From NCBI GenBank assembly GCA_964016885.1, contig OZ024749.1, forward strand, positions 53,134,001 through 53,198,000: a stretch of DNA of 64,000 bases. The letters run 5' to 3'. The position numbers and the translations under genes were made by a program. Below, one piece after another: positions 25,601-40,503 of the stretch. The notes beneath the pieces were generated by a model that saw only the letters and a program-made list of their open reading frames with translations, did no database searches and was not told where the DNA came from. Source of the DNA: Eledone cirrhosa. Taxonomy: Eukaryota. Every line of letters starts with the position of its first letter. The first letter of the stretch is position 1.

Positions 25601-27699
25601 TGGCTGGTTTAAATGCTAAAGGGTTAACCATCACCATTGTTTTTATGATGAAAGCAAAGATGAAGAGCAAAGGTAACTTTGGGAGAATTTGAATGTAAAG
25701 GGCCGTAACTCTATGCCGCCAAGTATATTGTCCGATGCTCTGTCAATCCACCATCCTTCTTGAAAATTAAATAATGATGTGCAAAAGAAAAAGAATTAGT
25801 TTTCACGCTCTTCACACCATGGATGGATGCAAAACGTTGGACACATCATCATCATTATTGTATTCTGGAGAGACTGGGTCTTACAACATAGTCACCCTCA
25901 ACCATGGTTGATCAAGCCCCAGTCAGTGTCTAAATATTTTACAAACAACCCACACCCTTTGGTTTATCAAACTATTCATTTTCAGTAGTAAATTCATGTA
26001 AACACACACATATATCATGGGAGAGAACTCTAGCACTACTTTCTTTACTGTGATTATTAGTTAAGACGGTGAATTGGCAGTGTCGGAAAACATGCTTTGC
26101 AGTATAGAATTACGTCCCCTTACGTTCTGAGTTCAAATCTTGCAAAGATTAATTTTACCTTTCATCCTTACAGGGTCGATAAAATGAAGTACCAGTAACG
26201 CACTGGGGCCGATTTAATCGACTTTCTCCTCCCCCAAAATTGTTAGTTTGTGCCTAAACCCCTATTTACTCTTTTACTTGTAACTGTTTCAGCTGACTGT
26301 CTGAGGCCATGCTGGAGCACAAATTTCCGTCAGTAACAGACAATATGGCTCTAAAATGTTTTCACAATTCTATCTAATCATTCAAAAGAAACATTTAATT
26401 GAAGCGATATTTTTTATTTTATCAAAGTTTATAGGGTGGGTGGGTTATAAAATAATAAACAGTTCGGAACTGGTTGCTTCCATAACTTTTTATGAGTGAA
26501 GAACTCAGTGTTTATAGCATAGCAAAATCTTTTAACTCTTAGTAATACAGAAGACCCGACTTCCCACGGGTACAAGCCCAAGCTGAAGCATATAGACAGT
26601 ATGTCTTGTCTTGATGTAACAATTAGTGAGGTAACTTAATAAATATATTTATCTAAGAATCAGTGAAGTAGCTTAATGAAAATACTTACTTCAGCATAAT
26701 TTCTTGGTAAATCTGAGCAATCTCTGCATCAGCTTTTGTTGGCGCTCGTTGAAGCCATTTCTTGAAATAATGATCATCATAGTATTCCAAGAGTTCCTGC
26801 AAAAACAGATATTTCGATATTGGCAGAGAATGGAGATTATGTTGCATAAGAGAAACCCTATAGTTTAGGTTGATTACTGACACATAGAAGTGATTAAAGA
26901 TAGAAATGATATTTTAATAATTTATTTCTAGGATATAATTACATAAAATATTCAACATGTATGTATAAATGACATACAGGATTATATATATTAGAGTAAC
27001 TTTAGAGAAATAACTATTTACAGGGACAAATGTAGGGTTAGAACCCAGGACCTTGTGATTGGAAAGCAAATTTATTTTAACATGGCTGTAAAGTGGTCAA
27101 GTAGGCGTCACGACAAAAAAACACCCAGTACTCACTGTAAATGAGGTTGGCATTAGGAAGGGCATACAGCCGTAGAAACCGAGCCAAAGTCAGTTCTATA
27201 TGAGCAAGACATGGTCACCTGACCTAGCATTGCCCACAACAGGACAACTCGTCTAACCCATGCTAGTGTGGTAAAATGGATGTAAAACGGTGATGATGGT
27301 ATAGGAAATGGATTGCATGTATGTTTGTGTGTGTAAAGTCTAGAGCTACAAGTGCAGTACCAACTTAATGCATGAAACTGCACTGCCAGCAAGGTGGCTG
27401 ATGAAGTATAGTGTGTTTGTTTGTGTTATGTAGCATTTCTTCTGATACTACATATAACATGGTGTATTATTGTCTCATGGAACTCCCAGAATCTTTCTGC
27501 AGATCTCTCTAAATTTTGTTATATTATCTTTAGGTTACTAGGAACCCCCAGGATTTTGGAAACCCATGTCTATAGAAAGGAATTAATCCTTATTTTTCTT
27601 TGACTTACCTTCAAGTAGTATTTCCCATGGAAACCAATTATGTCTTCCATTCCAGCCATTAAATGGTCAGAAACCTGTAAAAACAAGGCCAAATATAAA

Positions 27700-27732
<33 letters not shown>

Positions 27733-29387
27733 GTATGTGTGCCCGTAACTCCTGATAGAATTGTAGGGATGTTGTAATGATATTCAGTGTGAGTCTGACA
27801 TTTATTTGAACACGGTAGAGATTTTACTATCTCCAGGTCAGAACACAATCGATTAGAGAGAGAGTTGTCTCTGGTACTGGATTGGGCTGGTACACTTTTA
27901 TCAACCTCAAAATGATGAAATATAAAGTTGGCCTACGTGAAATAAAACCTTTACCATGAAACAACAATAGTAAATATAGAGAAATGCAAACATTAAAGGG
28001 TTAAAAAGAATGTGTGTTACTTACATTTTTAGTTAGATAGACAAGACAGTTTAACTTTTGCTTCCTTTGCAGTGTAATTTTCATGCATTTAACAAGTGGC
28101 TTGACAGTCAAACCCTGAAGAGAAAAAGTTTAAATTCCAATGATTTAACACACCTTTAATTAACACAAAGGACAGAACTCATAAGAGTGAATGGCCATTT
28201 AAAAAAAAAAAAAATCCTGCCAAATGGGTGGCAGTAGTTCCAGCTGCACACATCGAAAGACTGGTGTAGTGGTTCAGAGAACAATGTGGCTTTGCAGATG
28301 ATCAATGGAAATTGACAATGGAAAGGCACTCCCGCTCGAGTTAGAAGAGAACTATTGACCTTCAGGAGAAGCAGTGACCCCTGATTGTATCAGCAACCGA
28401 AACAAATATGAAGTACACCAGGTCCAATGCTCCTAGGGTTCTTCTATTTACATGTGTAAACTTGGCCAGATTAGATTAGATAATTAACATATATAAATAA
28501 CTATGGCAATTTCGTCTTGATGAAATTAAAGGGTTGTCTGAAACAACAAAAATATCCCTTGAATTTAATAGATGATGGGATTTATATGGGAAACTACTAT
28601 TGTGGGAAACTCTTGAACATTCCTCGATCAACTGTCAGGTGATACAAACCTCAGTAAGGAGTAGTTGCTTTCAGGAGTGATGGAGAGACTTTGTCAAGAA
28701 TGTTATACTGTGGTCACAATAAGGATGATCTATCTCTTTATAATGAGAATCAACGCACTGGTGATACAGTAGAGGAAGACCTGCTCAACCAAATCGCAGT
28801 TGGTACAAACGCATAAGCTGGTACTTATCTCGGTTTCTGTGGCGTTAAGCGAGAGAGTACAAGACTCCTTGCTAGGCAGAACTCCAGTCCATCACAGGGT
28901 TAAACCCCCAGATATTGCTGGTACTCATTTTCAGATGAATATACTGAAGCAATGTGAAATGAAGTGTTTTGCTCAAGAACACAACACACAACACAGCCCA
29001 GGAATCAAACCTATGACATTGTGATGATAAGTCCAACACCCTTACCACAAGGACACACGAGCCTCCACAGAAATGAACAGCAAAACAGAAATTCTGATAT
29101 ATAGCCAAGTAGACATTACATAGCTAGAAAAAAAATATATCTTACTTGAATCATTACAGTAAATATAATGATTGACAGCGTGGTAGTCACGAATAAATCC
29201 TTCATTGGAATTTGTTCAGCATCAAGCATCATTACCAAAGAGAAACAGACAGCACCTCGTAAACCACCATAACTCTGGCAATGTAAAGAATGGAAACCAT
29301 AGATTAAGACAATATCATTAGTGATAAAATGACATACAGTTGGATATAATATGGTAGAGTTGGATATAGAATTAGACACACAATTAG

Positions 29388-29427
<40 letters not shown>

Positions 29428-32400
29428 CAGATCACACCTATGCAGGTTTAGCTGGTCTCCTCCAAGGTATATCTCATTGGAAGTGTCTTGGGTGATTTAA
29501 TGATAGGGACCCCAGTCCTATCATCTCATTTCTACAGCTGAGTAAACTGGAACAACATGAAATAAAGTGTCTTGCTCAAGGAAACAACACATCACCCGGT
29601 CCGAGAATTGAACTCACAACCTTTCGATTGCAAGGCCAATGCTCTAACCACTAAGCCATGTGCCTTCACAATTGGATATATGGTATCATTGGATATAACA
29701 TGTACATAATTAGATATAGACATGGATATAATATGGTACAATTGGATATATGTTACAGATGGATATAATATGGTATAATTGGATATATGGTTCATAATTA
29801 GATATATGGTACAGATGGATATGTAGAATTAGATATACAGATGGATATCATATGGTCCTATAACTCCTGATAGCCCCATAGGGGCACTATATTGATATAC
29901 GCTGTTTCTTGGGCATTTCATCTCCTCTCTAGGTCTGAGTTCAGCAGATTTCCTTCAGAGAAGGATAGAAAGTGCAGTATAGGATATGGTGTAGTATTGC
30001 CTGCATCAGTTGTTAACTGTCGAGACACTGCATCCTTTAAAACCTCCATGGAACAAACTCCCTGCATCAGTTGTTAGCTGTCGGGACAGTGCATCCTTTA
30101 AAACCTCCATGGAACAAACTACCTGCATCAGTTGTCAGCTGTCGGGACAGTGCAACCTTTAAAACCTCCAAGCTTCCTGAGATTCACCAACACTATACAT
30201 GATATTCCCCTTCCATACAGACACACACATGTATATCATGACTCATACACTGTTCATTTTCCTGACATTTGTACATTATTCTATGTACTATACATGCACC
30301 TTTGATGAGTTGTAGTGCACCTGAGCACTGTACACAATAATTTCATTATTATAGTGGAATGGCAGTATCTGTAGAGAGTCGGACGCCATGCATTGCAGCA
30401 AAGAGTTACGGCCCTTTATGGTCTGAGTTCAAATCCCGCCGAGGTTAACTTTGCCTTTCATCCTTACGGGGTCGATAAAATAAAGTACCAGTAATACACT
30501 GGGATAATTGCTGGCCTTGTGCCAAAAGTAGAAACAATTATAATAGTAGAGTGACAGTGCAGTATAGAGTATAATATAATGAGATTGGACATTAATGATA
30601 CAATTTTGGAGAGTGTGGGGAGAAGACTTCCTGTCCAGCAGATCTCCAGGTGACTTGTAACTGGAGTTCTGTCAGATCTCCAGGGGACCCTTACTGTACC
30701 CAGAGTTCTGTCAGATAGACCTCCAGGTATAAGTCACCTGGAGTTTTGTTGGACAGAAAAGGAGGGAAAAAAAGAAAAAAATAATTGCAAGAAGAAAATG
30801 ACTCCCAAAATTTGAAATTTTTTCTAAAAGAAGTGAAAACTACAAACATACCATAATGAACTGTTCATCAAGTCCAATCTTACGTACACGGTAACGATCA
30901 AATCTGTTGATCAGATATGTCAGGATATAACACACTGGAACAGAAGTGGGGGGAGTTATTGGAATTGGTGAGGAATTTTAGTAGAGTTACATATATAAAC
31001 TTATGACATATATAGATGTACACGCACACATGCATATATGACATACACACATACATACATATACATATACTATGACATACATAGATACACACATATACAT
31101 ACATGATGGCTGCAAACTGGTGTTCAAGCATTGCCATTGCCTGATAAAATGCTTTAAAATGTGAGGCACGAATGTGGCTCTTTAAACCAGCCAAAGATTT
31201 GCACCCTCTGGCACATATATGGCAATTGTGGGCTCCTCCGAGCCTTTCCATTGCTTCCATTGTTCTGGTTGTGTTCTCATGTGTCTTTTAAGATCTCCCA
31301 TGTTAGCACTTTCCTTGCCACCTTCCTTACACCTTTTCAGATCGTAATCTATCTGATGTCTACTGATATGACTTTATACATACACACATACATACATACA
31401 TACATACATACATACATGACATACATAGATAGATACATACACACATACATACATACATGACATACATAGATAGATACATACATACATGACATACATAGAT
31501 AGATACATACACACATACATACATACATGACATACATAGATAGATACATACACACATACATACATACATGACATACATAGATAGATACATACACACATAC
31601 ATGACATACATAGATACATACATACACGCGTACATATATATACAAAATATATGATGGTGATGATGACGATGATGATCATGATGGTAGCAAATATTAAAAA
31701 AAGCCCCAAAACCAACACCAACCTACCGATGAATCTTACAATCAGACATAGAAACACTGACCAAAGAATGAAACCGGTACACCAGACGTGTTGGTGACGT
31801 ATAAGAGCCATACCAAGAAATAAGAAAATGACTATTTCACTTGCTGAGCTGAAAATATAAAGATATAAATATATATATTTTATATATAGGAAGACACAAA
31901 GCAGGCTTTGTTTAGAAACAGCTAACGAATTTGAAAATTAGGGAGTAACATGTGATTATGCCATATTTGACTAAATAGAATTAGTCTGTTAGTTGGGATT
32001 TTAAAAAACCCTCTGAATGGAAAAAAGGATGAGTATTGACATCCATGGAACACAAACCCACATCTTTGGTTTGCCGGACCAATGTGTTACCATTACACCA
32101 ACACCCCACCCATGTTTCCTTCCATTCAATTAGGAGCTATATAACCATAGCAGGTATATATGTATGTATATAAATAGGGAGACACAAAGCAGACTTAACT
32201 CTATTTAGTCAAATACGGTGTAAGCACGTTACTACCTAATATATATCTTAGTTTATTGTCGTGTAATGTTTAGTAACTAATGGGTCATCAATTTGACCAC
32301 TCAATGCCAACTTAATCCTTTAGTGTTTACATTACTCTATATTTACTATTATATTTTCACAGTAAAAGCTTTACCTCATAATTATGGTTTCTTATATAGG

Positions 32401-35400
32401 CGCAAGGCCAGCAATTTTGGGGGAGGGGAAAGTCGATTAAATCTACCCCAGTGCGTGACTGGTACTTTATTTTATCGACCCTGTAAGGATGAAAGATAAA
32501 GTTAAGCTCGGTAGGATTTGAACTCAGACAGTAAAAGGCCGTAACTCTATGCTGCAAAGCATGGTGTCTGATACTCTACTGATACTGTAAATCAATGCCC
32601 TTTACCACATAATTATCCCACATAATATCGAAGCTATGAGATTTTGATGTTATTTATTTTGAGAACAGTACCTTAACATCAGTATGAGCAGCTGGTTATG
32701 GTCAGTTTGAACAGAAAGAGGCGAGAGAATTCTGCCTGGATACAGTCGGTTTAAATGCTAAAGAATTAAAGAATCCACAAGTCTGATCAGCTATTGATTC
32801 CCGAGTCATAGATACAATTGATACCGATTGTACCTTGAGCTGATTGATTGTGAAACATGCGTCACGTGAATAAACATAATGATGCTATATTGATAATTTA
32901 GTGGGGAAAAGGGGGGAGGGGGAGTTTATTATATCAACCTCAGTATTTAACTGGTACTTTGTTTTATCAACCAACCCCAGTAAGATGAAAGTTTTAGTTG
33001 ATCCCTGGCAGGATTTGAACTTAGAACAAAAAGGGCCGTAAACCATATGCTGCAAAACATTTTGTCCGGTGCTCTACCGATTTTGCCACTCCAACACCCT
33101 TGGGGTGGGCGGTGGGGGGTGTTCGATGAGTGAAAGTGAATTTATAACAATTAATAGTGGTTATAACAGGTGTTGGAAGCTTGGGAGAACAAGTAGGGTT
33201 GGGGGGAGCAGATAATATGATGTATAAGGAAAGGGGTGGTGGGAGTGTAAAGTGGTAGTGCTGGTACTATAACATGCACCAAGTACACCCTGTAAAGTGG
33301 TAGTGCTGGTACTATGATAACATGCACCCAGTACACCCTGTAAAGTGGTAGTGCTGGTACTATAACAAGCACTAAGTACACCCTGTAAAGTGGTAGTGCT
33401 GGTACTATAACATGCACCCAGTACACCCTGTAAAGTGGTAGTGCTGGTACTATAACATGCACCCAGTACACCCTGTAAAATGGTAGTGCTGGTGCCATGA
33501 CAACATGCATTCTGTACAATCTGTAAAATGGTAGTTCTGGTGCCATTATAGCATACATATTATAGACTGAAGTGGTAGGGCTGGTACCACAATAAAATAC
33601 ACCCAGTACACTCTGTAAAGTGGTAGTGTTGGTGCCACAAAATGCACCCAGTACACTCTGTAAAGTGGTAGTACTGGTGCCACAATAACATGCACCCTGT
33701 CCACTCTGTAAAGTGCTAGTTCTGGTGTTGCTTATGAACAGGAAGGGTACACTATTACAAGACTGGCTTTGTGAAATGTGTAGTGATTTCCTTCTGATTC
33801 AGTTGAAAGTGGCTTTGGCTGTACAGCTAAGGTTACATGTGGTAGCATGTAACCTTAGCTCTACAGGAGTGAACATGTGTTTTAAAATTGACAACGACAG
33901 GAGAAGAATTTCATATCTGGTGACTGCAGTGTACACGAGAAGTGAGCCAGGTGAAGTTAAGGGGGGAAAAAAAAGAAAGTTTTATTTGTTTGCATATGCA
34001 GTGTGACATAGGAATAAGGAATAGGATGCAAAAAATAGACAACAAGTGTGTTGAAATATCTGCTAGAATGTGTACTTACAGAGCCATCTCGGTTGGTGGG
34101 TGGTAGCGCTAATAGGATGCTACAATGTTAGTAGGTAACATCTTGGTAATGGAACCAGAAGGTAGTGAACGTATAGCTGCTCAGCTGCAATTGCGAAGGT
34201 AAGAAAACTTGCAGGCTAGAGAGTACACAGGGAGATTTCTGTGATTCTAACTATTACCTTACAGTTTTTGTCAAAGGAAGAAAGAATCTGCCAAGATTCT
34301 TCTTTCTTTTAATGGTCTGGGTGAGGTATTTGAAAGGGGTTTGATGGGTTTTCAAAGCTAGCGCAGAAGATGGATATTAAATGACAACGATGATGGTGAT
34401 GATGAGAGGTGACTGTTTTCCAAGTTGAGGGAGGTTTGATGGGTTGTCAAAGTCTAAGAGACTCTGTTTTCTATGTTGAGTGGGGTTGGATGGAGTTTCA
34501 AAGCCTGAGACTAGACTGGTTGCAGGAGCATCCCTTGTTCCTATACTCCATTTCTTTCATGGATTCTACAGCTGGATGTCCTTCCATTTTACAAGGTGCA
34601 CTACCACTGTACAGAGTGTACTGGGTGTATGTTATTGTGACACAAGCACTATCACTTTACAGAGTGTACTGGGTGCATGCTATCATTTTATCAAACTTTT
34701 TTTGTTTTTTTTTGACGTGACAGGTTGAAAAGCTTTTGAGAGCGAACATATGTTGTTGTTGTTGTTTATTTAGCTCAAGGTCAGCTCTAATTGAGCAGAC
34801 CCAGAATTAAAGGTTACCATACTGACTGTATTTATCACTGTAGTGTCTATTATTGGTGCATTGGCAGTAATTGGTAGAGCGTCGGTCAACATGCCTTGTG
34901 GCATATAGTTACAACTCTTCCACTGAGGCTATTGTTGCCTTCCATCCTTACACAGAGAGGGGCATTGAAAATAAAGCACCAGTAATACACTGGGGGCGAT
35001 TTAATCAACTTTCCCTCTCCTCAAAATTGTTGGCCTTGTGTCGAAAACAGAAACCGATGTTTATTAAGTGAAGAGTATTGATAGATTGACAGAGTTGGGA
35101 GCAAGACCCAGAGGTCGAACCAGAGCAAGATGGTTCGATAACATCCATGAACTTGACTCGTCTTGTTTGGGGATTTAGCTGGATCAGTTGGAAATGGTTG
35201 TTTCTGACAGGACCCACTGGAAGGAGTGTCTGAGGACTCTGCCCCCACGACCCCCTCAGGAATAAGCGAGTGAAGAAGGCAGAAATGGTTTGAAGTAATT
35301 TGTTTTATGGCTAATCTATGTACTGAGTTCAAACCCCACCGAGGTCAACTTTGCCTTCCATCATTCACCCTATCACTATTTGTTAGTGTTTGCTGCGACA

Positions 35401-38400
35401 ATCTGTAACAACAATAGTAATAAACTAGACAGATACCTTGCAACTTTAATAAAGTATTTGATGGATGTAGCAGATGTTGGGCTGACATTGTGAAGTGTGT
35501 ACTGGTCTTGCATCATTCCACAACCAATCAAACTGAAAAATAGATTACATATAAATATAATATTTACTATATAAAGACGAAGGAAGTTTGTTTATGAAAC
35601 ATCGAGTTTGAAATAAAGTTGAAACATAAGTTTACGCCGTATTTTGACTAACAAAATTTGTCTGATGGTGAGGATATTGAATAGAAAAAGGATGAGTATT
35701 GATGTATATGGGAGTATAACCTACATCTATATTTATTATATCTAATATAAACACACCAGTGGCATGCAGAGCTCTGGTGATGCCCGGGGAAAATCTTGAT
35801 TGTATGCCCCAAAGACTCAAGTATAAGGCTTAACACCCCAAAGACTCCAGTATAAGGCCTAATGTCCCAAAGACTCAAGTATAAGGCCCAATTCTCCAAA
35901 GACTCAAGTATAAAGCCCAATGCTCCAAAGACTCAAGAATAATGTCCCAAAGACTCCAGTATAAGGCCTAATGCTCCAAAGACTCAAGAATAAGGCCTAA
36001 TGTCCCAAAGACTCAAGTATAAGGCCTAATGCTCCAAAGACTCAAGTATAAGGCCTAATGCCCCAAAGACTCAAGTATATATTTTGAATATATAAAGATG
36101 CCCCCATCCAAGGGATGCCCAGGTCAACGCACTGTCTCTCCGCACCACCTCTGCACGCTACTGAAACACACCAACAATTTGAATGAAGCAATTGACATTA
36201 ACCTGATGATTCCTGATAATTCAAACATGTCAGCCACGAGATATGAGAGGAAGGCACATGAAAATACAGTAACTGGTTCCACCACTGCAAACAATAGAAC
36301 GATGGCAAAGATTAGTACCACTAGTACATAACACATTGGTAAGACTATTTAGTATCACTAGTACATAACACATTGGTAAGACTATTTAGTATCACTAGTA
36401 CATAACACATTGGTAAGACTATTTAGTATCACTAGTACATAACACATTGGTAAGACTATTTAGTATCACTAGTACATAACACATTGGTAAGACTATTTAG
36501 TACCACTAGTACATAACACATTGGTAAGACTATTTAGTACCACTAGTACATAACACATTGGTAAGACTATTTAGTACCACTAGTACATAACACATTGGTA
36601 AGACTATTTAGTATCACTAGTACATAACACATTGGTAAGACTATTTAGTATCACTAGTACATAACACATTGGTAAGACTATTTAGTACAACTAGATGGGT
36701 GAACTAATACTGTGGTGGGTGTTAAAAAACAAAACTAAACAAAGTGGTTTTGTATGTGTCGTAAGCAAAATATTGAAATATAAAACAGAGAAACAGCCGT
36801 CCACTCGAAATATACTTTTACTTTTAACCCTTTAACATTTAAACTGGCCATATCTGACCAGAATTCTCTCACCTCCTGTCCAAACCGGCTGTAACTGACC
36901 GCTCATACTAACGTTAAGGTATTATTCTCAAAATAAATATCAAAATCTCATAGATTCGATATTATATTGGATAAAGCCTTTACCATGAAAATACAATAGT
37001 ATATATAGAGTAATGTAAATGTTATGTGAGATATTATGTGAGGTAAAGCCTTTACTATGAAAATACAATAGTATATATAGAGTAATGTAAATGTTATGGG
37101 AGATATTATGTGAGGTAAAGCCTTTACTGCGAAAATACAATAGTATATATAGAGTAATGTAAGTGTTATGTGAGATATTATGTGAGGTAAAGCCTTTACT
37201 GTGAAAATACAATAGTATATATAGAGTAATGTAAATGTTATGGGAGATATTATGTGAGGTAAAGCCTTTACTGCGAAAATACAATAGTATATATAGAGTA
37301 ATGTAAATGTTATGGGAGATATTATGTGAGGTAAAGCCTTCACTGTGAAAATACAATAGTATATATAGAGTAATGTAAATGTTATGGGAGATATTATGTG
37401 AGGTAAAGCCTTTACTGCGAAAATACAATAGTATATATAGAGTAATGTAAATGTTATGGGAGATATTATGTGAGGTAAAGCCTTCACTGTGAAAATACAA
37501 TAGTATATATAGAGTAATGTAAATGTTATGGGAGATATTATGTGAGGTAAAGCCTTTACTGCGAAAATACAATAGTATATATAGAGTAATGTAAATGTTA
37601 TGCGAGATATTATGTGAGGTAAAGCCTTTCCTGTGAAAATACAATAGTATATATAGAGTAATGTAAATGTTATGGGAGATATTATGTGAGGTAAAGCCTT
37701 CACTGTGAAAATACAATAGTATATATAGAGTAATGTAAATGGTAAATGGTTAAGTGGTCAACAAAAATGTAAAGTTTTTCTCTTACCTTTAACGTTGTGT
37801 GTATATTTCGTGAGTAAAGCAGATATAATACCAACGATAATTCCCACCATTAAACCTCCAAGGGAGACAACTAGGAACTTCACAAGTCCCATTAATATCT
37901 GTGAAGGGAAACAAACGTAAGGTTTAGAAATGATAATAATAGCTTCTGATTTTGGCACAAGGCCAGCAATTATCTCAGTGTATTACTGGTTCTTTATTTT
38001 ATCAACCCCGTAAGGATGAAAGGCAAAGTTAACCTCGGCGGGATTTCAACTCAGACCATAAAGGGCCGTAACTCTTTGCTGCAAAGCATGGCGTCAGACC
38101 CTCTACCGATACTGCCTTCATCATCATCATAATCATCATATGTCCGCCTTTCCCCTGCTTGCAAGGGTGGGACGGGAACTGATTCTGGCTTGATTTCTAC
38201 AGCTGGATGCCCTTCCTAACACCAACCTCATTTACAGTGAGTGCTGGGTGCTTTTTTGCCGTGGCACCTCCACGACCACTTTGCAGTGGAATTATAGGGA
38301 CCCCAGTCCTATCATCTCATTTCTACAGCTGAGTAAACTGGAGCAATGTGAAATAAAGTGTCTTGCTCAAGGAAACAACACATCACCTGGTCTGAGAATT

Positions 38401-40263
38401 GAACTCACAACCTTTCGATTGCAAGGCCGCCAATCCATAATAATTGTTTCTACTGATTTAGGCACAAAGCCAACAATTTTTTTTCAAATCCCACTGAGGT
38501 CAACTTTGTCTCTTATCCTTTTCACTCGCTCATACTGATGTTAAGGTATTGTTCTCAAAATAAATAATATCAAAATCTCATAGATTCGATATTATGTGAG
38601 ATAATTATGTGAAATAAAGTGTTTACCTTGAAAATACAATAGTAAATATAGAGTAATGTAAATGGTAAAGGGTTAAGGTCGATAAAATAAAGGACCAGCC
38701 CAGTACTGGAGTTGATTATTCCTCTAAACCCCCCTCTCCCTCTCTCACATTCACACTCTCTCTTTCTCTGAAGGAAGTCAGCTGTGATGAGACCTGGTGA
38801 GGGGTTGGGCACCCCCAGGTTTAAAACAATGCCCCGAGACCTACTGTATGTCCCTGCTCTACCTGTGTGTCTCCATCATGAGTTACAAGGTCATTACATA
38901 CACACCTTACAATATCTCGTTAACTTCAGGTGAGATATGATTAAACAGACATATGATCAAAGGTAGTGCACCTGTGATTCTCACCTTTGCACATTAATTT
39001 CCAGGTGAGATGTGACAAAGACATTTGATCAAAGGTAGTGCACCTGTAATTATTCCAATGTTTATTTATATATTCAGGTATAAAACACTTCAGACTACAT
39101 TATCTAATGTATCCTTTATCAGAAATGGCAGGGTAGTGGGGACAGGTGGGAGTGATGGATTTGAGTGAAATTTATCTGTTATTTCTCAAACAGAGAATCA
39201 ATCAATCAATCACACAGAGGTGTACTTATTGATATTGTTGCTTGTAGGTGATTCTGTTGAGAAATAGTCACCTGTATACTCACCTGTACAAAATCGATAT
39301 TGTCCATGGCATTATAGGATTGCATGACACTATATAGAACCACCGACACGCCATCTGGAATAAAGGAGAATTACAGAGGAAAATGGTAGACGCAAGTGAC
39401 AACTGTTAACACGTTTCCTTATCGAAAACCATTGCAACAAATAGTTATGTAGGTTTAACCCTTTAGAATTTAAACTGGCTGTATCTGGCCAGAAATCTCT
39501 CACTTCTTTCAGTACAAACCAGCTGTAACCGGCCGCTCATACTGATGTTAAGCTATTGTATTGTTCTCAAAATATATAATTGTTTCTACTATTGGCACAA
39601 GGCCAGCAATTACCCAGTGCATTACTGGTACTTTACCAAAATCTTGATATTAGGGGCCTGTATCTTATGTATTGTCTTGTGTTCTATCGAGTGCATAGGA
39701 GCTGTTACATCTTTGACACAACTGAAGCAATTCCAGAAATTTATTTCAACAAATTAATTTTTTTCTAGAGCTTGATTTCTAACACCAACCTCATTTACAG
39801 TGAGTGCTGGGTACCTTTTTTCCGTGGCACCTACACGTCCACTTTACAGTGTGGGCTGGGTGCTTTTTTGTCGTGGCGCCTCCACAACCATTTTGCAGTG
39901 GGGGAGGGGTGGGGGCATATTGTCTATATGCTTCAGCTTCGGCTTGTTCCCGTAGGAAGTCGGGTCTTCTGTATTACTGCGTGACGCCAGAGGTCACGGT
40001 CCTGTGTCAAATATATATATATGTTGTGTCAAATATATATATGTGTATATATATTTGAAGTGTTATTGGTTATGTTAGAACAGCAATCAGGTTAAATGTA
40101 TAATTAGATGCCTTCAACATTATAGAAATACAATCAAGATAAGAATAATTACCATTTAGAAGAGATTCTCCAAATATCAATATATAGAGATTACTGTTGA
40201 CTCCAACCTCGTTAAAGATAGCTAGTACCTGAAAGAGAGAAAAATAAGAGAGTGAGAGAGAGG

Positions 40264-40301
<38 letters not shown>

Positions 40302-40472
40302 CAGAATTGGAGATAAATTCATATACTAAGCATATCTGATGACCTTTCGATTTCAGAGTCAGGTTTGATCTATAATGGATCTTGCCTCGAGCTGACCGCT
40401 AGTGAAACATATGTAATATGTTATTAACTATGTTATGATATAACACTGAATCCTTGTTCCTTATCCTTATAG

Positions 40473-40503
<31 letters not shown>

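Noticed and set aside
29590-29668. tRNA genes here and at 52198-52275, 6040-6115 and 4382-4475
   Set aside because: These are tRNA-derived SINE heads: no proper acceptor stem, and each continues into a SINE body.
36940-37716. 250-aa repetitive ORFs
   Set aside because: Products of a 72-bp array inside a MITE.
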